DNA of 64,000 nucleotides, from contig CAWCRS010000007.1 in the NCBI GenBank assembly GCA_963798085.1, positions 1,504,001 to 1,568,000 of the forward strand, read 5' to 3'. This document shows positions 58,812-64,000 of this stretch, in pieces. The notes beneath the pieces are model-generated. The model had not been told where the DNA came from and ran no database searches. It saw only the letters and a program-made list of their open reading frames with translations. The number at the start of each line of letters is the position of its first letter. Within the stretch, counting starts at the first letter, position 1. Both the position numbers and the translations under genes were made by a program. The stretch comes from an uncultured Gemmatimonadales bacterium (lineage in GTDB: Bacteria; Gemmatimonadota; Gemmatimonadetes; Longimicrobiales; RSA9).

Positions 58812-59198
58812 ATGAGTGCGCTGAAGCGAACCGAGACGAGCCATGCGCCATCCGCGATCGGACCGTACAGCCAGGCGATCACGACGGGCAACCTCGTGTT
58901 TACGGCAGGTCAGATCGCGCTCGACCCGGCGACCGGTCAGGTGGTCCCGGGCGCCATCCAGGAGCAGACTGAGCGCGTAATGCGCAATCTCGGCGCTATC
59001 CTCGAAGCGGCAGGCGCTTCCCTCGACTCCGTGGTCAAGACGACGGTGTTCCTGGCGGACATGGGTGAGTTCGCCGCCATGAACGAAGTGTACGCGCGCT
59101 GGTTCGGCGAGCACAAGCCGGCGCGCTCGACGGTTCAGGTTTCGCGGCTGCCGCGCGATGTGCGGGTCGAGATCGAGGCGATCGCTGTCGTGGGCTAG
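58812..59198 (+). CDS. ridA: RidA-family enamine/imine deaminase
   Basis: [42 protein letters not shown]. Confidence 0.93.
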   Translation: MSALKRTETSHAPSAIGPYSQAITTGNLVFTAGQIALDPATGQVVPGAIQEQTERVMRNLGAILEAAGASLDSVVKTTVFLADMGEFAAMNEVYARWFGEHKPARSTVQVSRLPRDVRVEIEAIAVVG

Positions 59199-59306
59199 CG
59201 GGCTGTTCCCACAGGACGGCACCTGCCTCGCCCGCCGCCGACATGCCCCGGGTGACCAACGCGGGCTGCAGGACACGGAGGATGGCGGCGCTGTGAAAAC
59301 TCGGAG

Positions 59307-61134
59307 TTACGGCGTCGCCTGATCCTCCAGCTGCCAGGCAATGCCCCACGCGCCCGGACCGAGGTGCGTCGCGATCACAGGTGTTGCCGGCACATCGATG
59401 ATGTCGCGCTCGCCCCAGCGCCGGCGCAACGCGCTGGACAGTTCTTCGACGATCTCCGGCCGGCCTACGTGCATGATGCCGAAGCGCAAGGCACGCGCCC
59501 CCACCGGTACCTGACGCTCCAGCAGATCCAGCATGCGGCCGGGCACGTTGCTGCTGCCGCGCACGTTGGCAAGTGGACCGACCCGGCCGTCCGGCGTGAG
59601 GGCGAGGATCGGTTTGATATCGAACAGACCCGCGATCATCACCTTGCCGCGGCCAACGCGGCCCGAGGCCAGCAGGTTGTCGAAGACGTCCACTGTGAAC
59701 AGGGTCCCGGACTGGGTACGGATGCGCGTCAGCTCGCGCTCGATCTCCTCCACCGGCATGCCCGATTCCGCCAGCTCGGCCGCGCGCAGTGCCAGCAAAC
59801 CCTGCGTCAGGCCGGCCGCGCGCGAATCGAACAACCGGAGGGATACGCCTTCGGCACGACGGGCCGCCGCCTCCGCCGAGGCGAAAGTGCCGGACAGGTT
59901 GGCGCCGACCAGGATGGCGAGCACCGACTCGCCGTCCGCCGCGGCTCGCCGGAATCCCTCCAGGAAGGATGCCGGAGCGGGCTGCGAGGTGGTGGCGCGC
60001 TCGCCCCCCTTCAGGCGCTCGGCGAAGCGCGCCGCGTCAATGTCCGCGCCGTCCATTAACACTTCGTTATCGAACACCACGAGCATGGGCACCACATGCA
60101 TGCCGTGGGCGCGCACGACCTCGTCCGGCAGATTGCAGGCGCTGTCCACGAGGATGCTGACCGGGCGCCGCGCCAGCTCAATGTGCGCGCCCGCCGCACG
60201 CTCCACTACGGCGTGCTGTACGGCCATGTCCTCGGCCTTGTGCGTGACCAGTCGACCTACGCTGCGCAGCCAGTCGAAGATGGCCTCCGGCGCATCCGTG
60301 TGAATGTGCACCTTGAGCACGTCGTCGCCACGGATCACGATCAGCGAATCGCCGCGCGCCCGCAGTGCTTCCCGCGCGGCATCAGCGCTGGGCAGCGTGG
60401 CGCCGCGCACCAGTGCCTCGGTGCAGAAGCGATAGCGCTCACTGGCGAGGGGATAGTCGACACGCGCCACGGCGGCCGACACGGCAGCGAAGACGGGCAC
60501 ATGCTCGAGCGCGCACGAACGGATCGCCGTGCAGATATGCGACGATACCCTCGAAGAGGTGCACGAAACCCTTGGCGCCGGCGTCGACTACTCCCGCTGC
60601 CCTCAGAATCGGCAGCAGGTCGGGTGTGCGCTCGAGCGCCGCGCGGGCGCGCGTGAGCAGCAGTTCGGTGAGGTCGATGAAGTCCTGCGTGGTGGCGGCC
60701 TGCGCTTCCTCCGCCACCTCGCGCATGACCGTGATGATCGTGCCCTCGACCGGCTTTTCCAGCGCGCGATACACGTGCTGCACGGCCGCATCCAGTGCCG
60801 CCGCGAACCCCGCGGCGTTCACGCGGTCCTGCGGGCGCACGGCCTCCGCAAAGCCGAGCAGGAAGTGGGAGAGGATCATGCCGCAGTTGCCGCGTGCACC
60901 CATGATCGCGGCGTCCGCCGCATGGTGCGCGATCACGTGCAGCGATGGTTCTTGCAGCGAGCGCAGCGCATCGGCGATGGCCGAAGCGGTGAGGGCGAGG
61001 TTGGTGCCGGTATCGCCGTCGGGTACAGGGAAGACGTTGATGCGATTCAACTCGGCGCGCTGCGCCTGCACATAGTCGCAGCCGGCAATCAGCGACCGCC
61101 GCAGGCTCTCGCCGTCGAGGTACTCGATGCGCAT
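59307..61134 (-). CDS. DAK2 (FakA-like)-DegV (FakB-like) fusion protein (frameshift near 60510)
   Basis: LNRINVFPVPDGDTGTNL, GARGNCG, KPVEGTI, GVVDAGA, FCTE, KVHIHT, KAEDM, then DegV motifs DSACNLP, TTSQP, LSGT, DSR, SGRV, IKPIL, HLGPGA. Confidence 0.9.
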
Positions 61135-61503
61135 GGGCGGCAAAGATACCGGAGGGGAAGGGGAGGCGGCCACCGGACCGTTTTGGCGTTGTTGGCTTCT
61201 GGCCGGTAACGACATGATTTTGCTGTCCCGCCAGGGCCCGTGACAGCCGTATGAGCCGCAAGCGGTGCTGTACGGGACACATGCGACGCGTCCTGCTGGA
61301 CAATTGGAGCGGCCGTGTGCGCAAACGGGCCACAAGCCACGAACGCCAAGACGGTCCGGGGCCGCACCACCCCCCGCGCCCGCGCCCTTGCGCTCACCCG
61401 GCCCCGCCGCGAGCCTTCGGCTTTCGTCATGGCCCATGCCCGCATGTACATCCACGCATGCAGGCCACTGGCGTCTACCGCTGCAACCGAGAATCAGGAG
61501 AGC

Positions 61504-63185
61504 ATGAGCACACCGCAATACATCTACGTCATGAAGGACCTGCGCAAGGTGGTGCCACCGAACCGCGAGATCCTGAAGGGTATCTGGCTGTCCTTCTTCC
61601 CTGGCGCGAAGATCGGCGTGGTCGGCCCCAACGGCGCGGGAAAAAGCTCGCTGCTCCGCATCATGGCCGGCGTCGATCCCGACTTTCAGGGCGAAGCCTG
61701 GCCCGCTCGCGGCACCCGTATCGGCTACCTTTCACAGGAACCGCAGCTCGATGCCGCGCTCGATGTGCGCGGCAATGTCGAGAAAGCCGTGCAGCCCATT
61801 CGCGATCTGCTGCGGCGGTTCGACGAGATCAACGCGAAATTCGCCGAACCCATGTCCGACGATGCGATGACGGCACTCCTCGAGGAACAGGCGAAAGTAC
61901 AGGACCGCATCGATGCGTCCGGCGCATGGGAGCTGGATCGCACCATAGAGATCGCCATGGATGCGCTGCGCCTGCCCCCGCTGACGCGAATGTCAGCACC
62001 CTCTCCGGCGGCGAACGGCGCCGCGTGGCGCTCTGCCGCCTGCTGCTCGAACAGCACGACATGCTGCTGCTGGACGAGCCCACCAACCACCTCGATGCCG
62101 AATCCGTCGCCTGGCTCGAGCGTCACCTGGGCGAGTTCAAGGGCACTGTGGTCGCCATCACACACGATCGCTACTTCCTCGACAACGTCGCGGAGTGGAT
62201 CCTCGAGCTGGATCGCGGCGAAGGCATTCCGTGGAAGGGCAACTATTCGTCGTGGCTCGAGCAGAAGCGAGATCGACTGCGTCAGGAGGAGAAGCAGGCA
62301 TCGGCCAGGCAGCGCACCCTGGAGCGCGAACTCGAGTGGGTGCGCATGGCGCCGCGCGCACGACAGGCCAGGAGCAAGGCCCGCATCACGGCGTACGAAG
62401 AGCTGCTGGGCAGCGATGCCCGCGAGAAGCTGGAGACGTCCGAGATCGTGATTCCGCAGGGACCTCGCCTTGGTGATGAAGTCGTCGTGGCGGAAGGCGT
62501 CGCCAAGGGCTACGGCGACCAGCTGCTGTTCGAGAATCTGACATTCCGGCTGCCGCGCGGCGGCGTGGTCGGCGTGATCGGACCGAACGGCGCGGGCAAG
62601 ACCACGCTCTTCCGCATGATCGTCGGGCAGGAGAAACCAGACACGGGTGAGCTGCGCGCAGGCGCGACCGTGCAACTCGCATACGTCGACCAGTTCCGCG
62701 ACGCGCTGGCCCCGGACAAGTCCGTGTGGCAGGAAGTGTCCGGAGGCGAAGACCAGCTCGACTTCGGCAAGGTCAAAGTCAACTCGCGCGCCTATCTCTC
62801 GTGGTTCGGCTTCAAGGGAGCGGACCAGCAGAAGAAGGTCGGCGTGCTCTCCGGCGGCGAACGCAATCGCCTGCACCTCGCCAAACTCCTGCGCTCCGGC
62901 GGCAACGTGCTGCTGCTCGACGAGCCCACGAACGACCTCGATGTCGACACGCTGCGCGCACTGGAAGAAGCGATTCTCGGCTTCGCCGGCTGCGTCGTCG
63001 TCATCACGCACGATCGCTGGTTCCTCGATCGCATTGCGACCCACATGCTCGCCTTCGAGGGAGACAGCCGCGCGGTGTGGTACGAAGGCAACTATCAGGA
63101 CTACGAGGCGGACCGCAAACGCCGCCTGGGCGCCGAGGCGGATCAGCCGCACCGCATCCGGTACAAGCGGCTGGTGCGCGGCTGA
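61504..63185 (+). CDS. ettA: Energy-dependent translational throttle ABC-F protein (frameshift near 61980)
   Basis: [56 protein letters not shown], second ABC domain, RIRYKRL. Confidence 0.95.
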
Positions 63186-63193
63186 CGACTCGC

Positions 63194-63292
63194 GGGGGCG
63201 GAGCCGTCCTGGTGGGCGGAGCGGTCTTCAAAACCGTCCTGGCCCGGGCTGACACCCGGGTTGGTGGGTTCGATTCCCACACGTCCCCGCCA
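63194..63292 (+). tRNA. selC: tRNA-Sec(UCA)
   Basis: Anticodon arm GCGGT-CTTCAAA-ACCGT (TCA at 63228-63230), D-arm CCGTCC-TGGT-GGGCGG, long variable arm, GTGGG-TTCGATT-CCCAC, extended acceptor ending GCCA. Confidence 0.93.
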
Positions 63293-63321
63293 GCGCCATT
63301 TCCTGTCGATAACCACGTGTC

Positions 63322-64000
63322 ATGACGGCACCCGACGCGAAACGGTTCGTCGCCATTGTGAACCCGACCTCGGGCGGGGGCGCTGGTGTACGCATGCCCG
63401 CCGAATTGCGGCGCGCCTTCGCGGAACGTGGCCTCGCGGTCGATCTTCAACTGACGGAACGATCCGGTCACGCCGTCGACCTGGCACGCAATGCCGCACT
63501 GCACGGCGTGCACGCGGTGGTCGCCGTGGGCGGTGATGGCACCGTGCACGAAGTGGCAAACGGGTTGCTCACCGCCCTCGAGCAGGAACCCGCCACGCCC
63601 ACCGTGCTCGGGCTCGTGCCGGTGGGCACAGGGAACGATTTCGTGAAGGTGATCGAGGGCACATCGCGACGGGATCGCGCGTACGACACGCTGGCCCGCG
63701 GCCTTGTGCAGCGCGTGGACGCCGGTTTCGCGTCATGGGATGGGAGCAGCGAGTATTTCGTCAATGCGGCAGGCACGGGAATCGACGTGGAAGTGGTGCG
63801 CGTTCTGGGCGCCCACCGCGGGACACGTGGCGCCCTGGCGTACGTGCTCGCACTGCTCGAGGCACTCCGCCGCTATCGGCACGTGCCCCTGCGCCTGGAA
63901 GCGGATGGCCACGTGATCGATCGCCCGGTAATGACCGTCGCCATTGCCAACGGCCGCTGCATCGGCGGCACCTTTCGCATCTGCCCCGATGCCAGTCCCG
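63322..64000 (+). CDS. Diacylglycerol/lipid kinase family protein (3' partial)
   Basis: Own translation: AIVNPTSGGG, AVGGDGTVHEVANG, GLVPVGTGNDF, FVNAAGTG, AIANGRCIGG. Confidence 0.9.
   Translation, partial: MTAPDAKRFVAIVNPTSGGGAGVRMPAELRRAFAERGLAVDLQLTERSGHAVDLARNAALHGVHAVVAVGGDGTVHEVANGLLTALEQEPATPTVLGLVPVGTGNDFVKVIEGTSRRDRAYDTLARGLVQRVDAGFASWDGSSEYFVNAAGTGIDVEVVRVLGAHRGTRGALAYVLALLEALRRYRHVPLRLEADGHVIDRPVMTVAIANGRCIGGTFRICPDASP

Overview
GC-rich bacterial core-genome window, mostly on the + strand. Gene content and order suggest Gemmatimonadota (inference, not checked). It holds kynA; argR-argCBD-argGH with tandem ARG boxes; a class I aldolase-rpiA-rpe cluster; tRNA-Leu(UAA); rnz-aroA-cmk-rpsA; a propionyl-CoA carboxylase/methylmalonyl-CoA mutase cluster; argS, pfkB and purM; the rib operon with nusB; an hpf-hprK-mannose-type PTS-ptsH-ptsI cluster; recO-selB; a cargo-less T9SS-CTD/FlgD-like secreted protein; ptsN, dusB, larB and tmRNA; a ~8.7 kb cyclic beta-1,2-glucan synthase; osmC, hldE kinase and ridA; a FakA-DegV fusion; ettA; tRNA-Sec; and a partial lipid kinase. 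I found no integrase, transposase or CRISPR array. The sequence looks like an error-prone long-read consensus. Indel frameshifts break many genes, including essential rpsA and argS, so some coordinates are approximate. The strongest hidden signal is that near-invariant Asp residues in about ten unrelated proteins read as Asn, each time in the context CAATG. This points to a motif-specific process, most likely base-calling error at a modified CGATG or CGWCG site.
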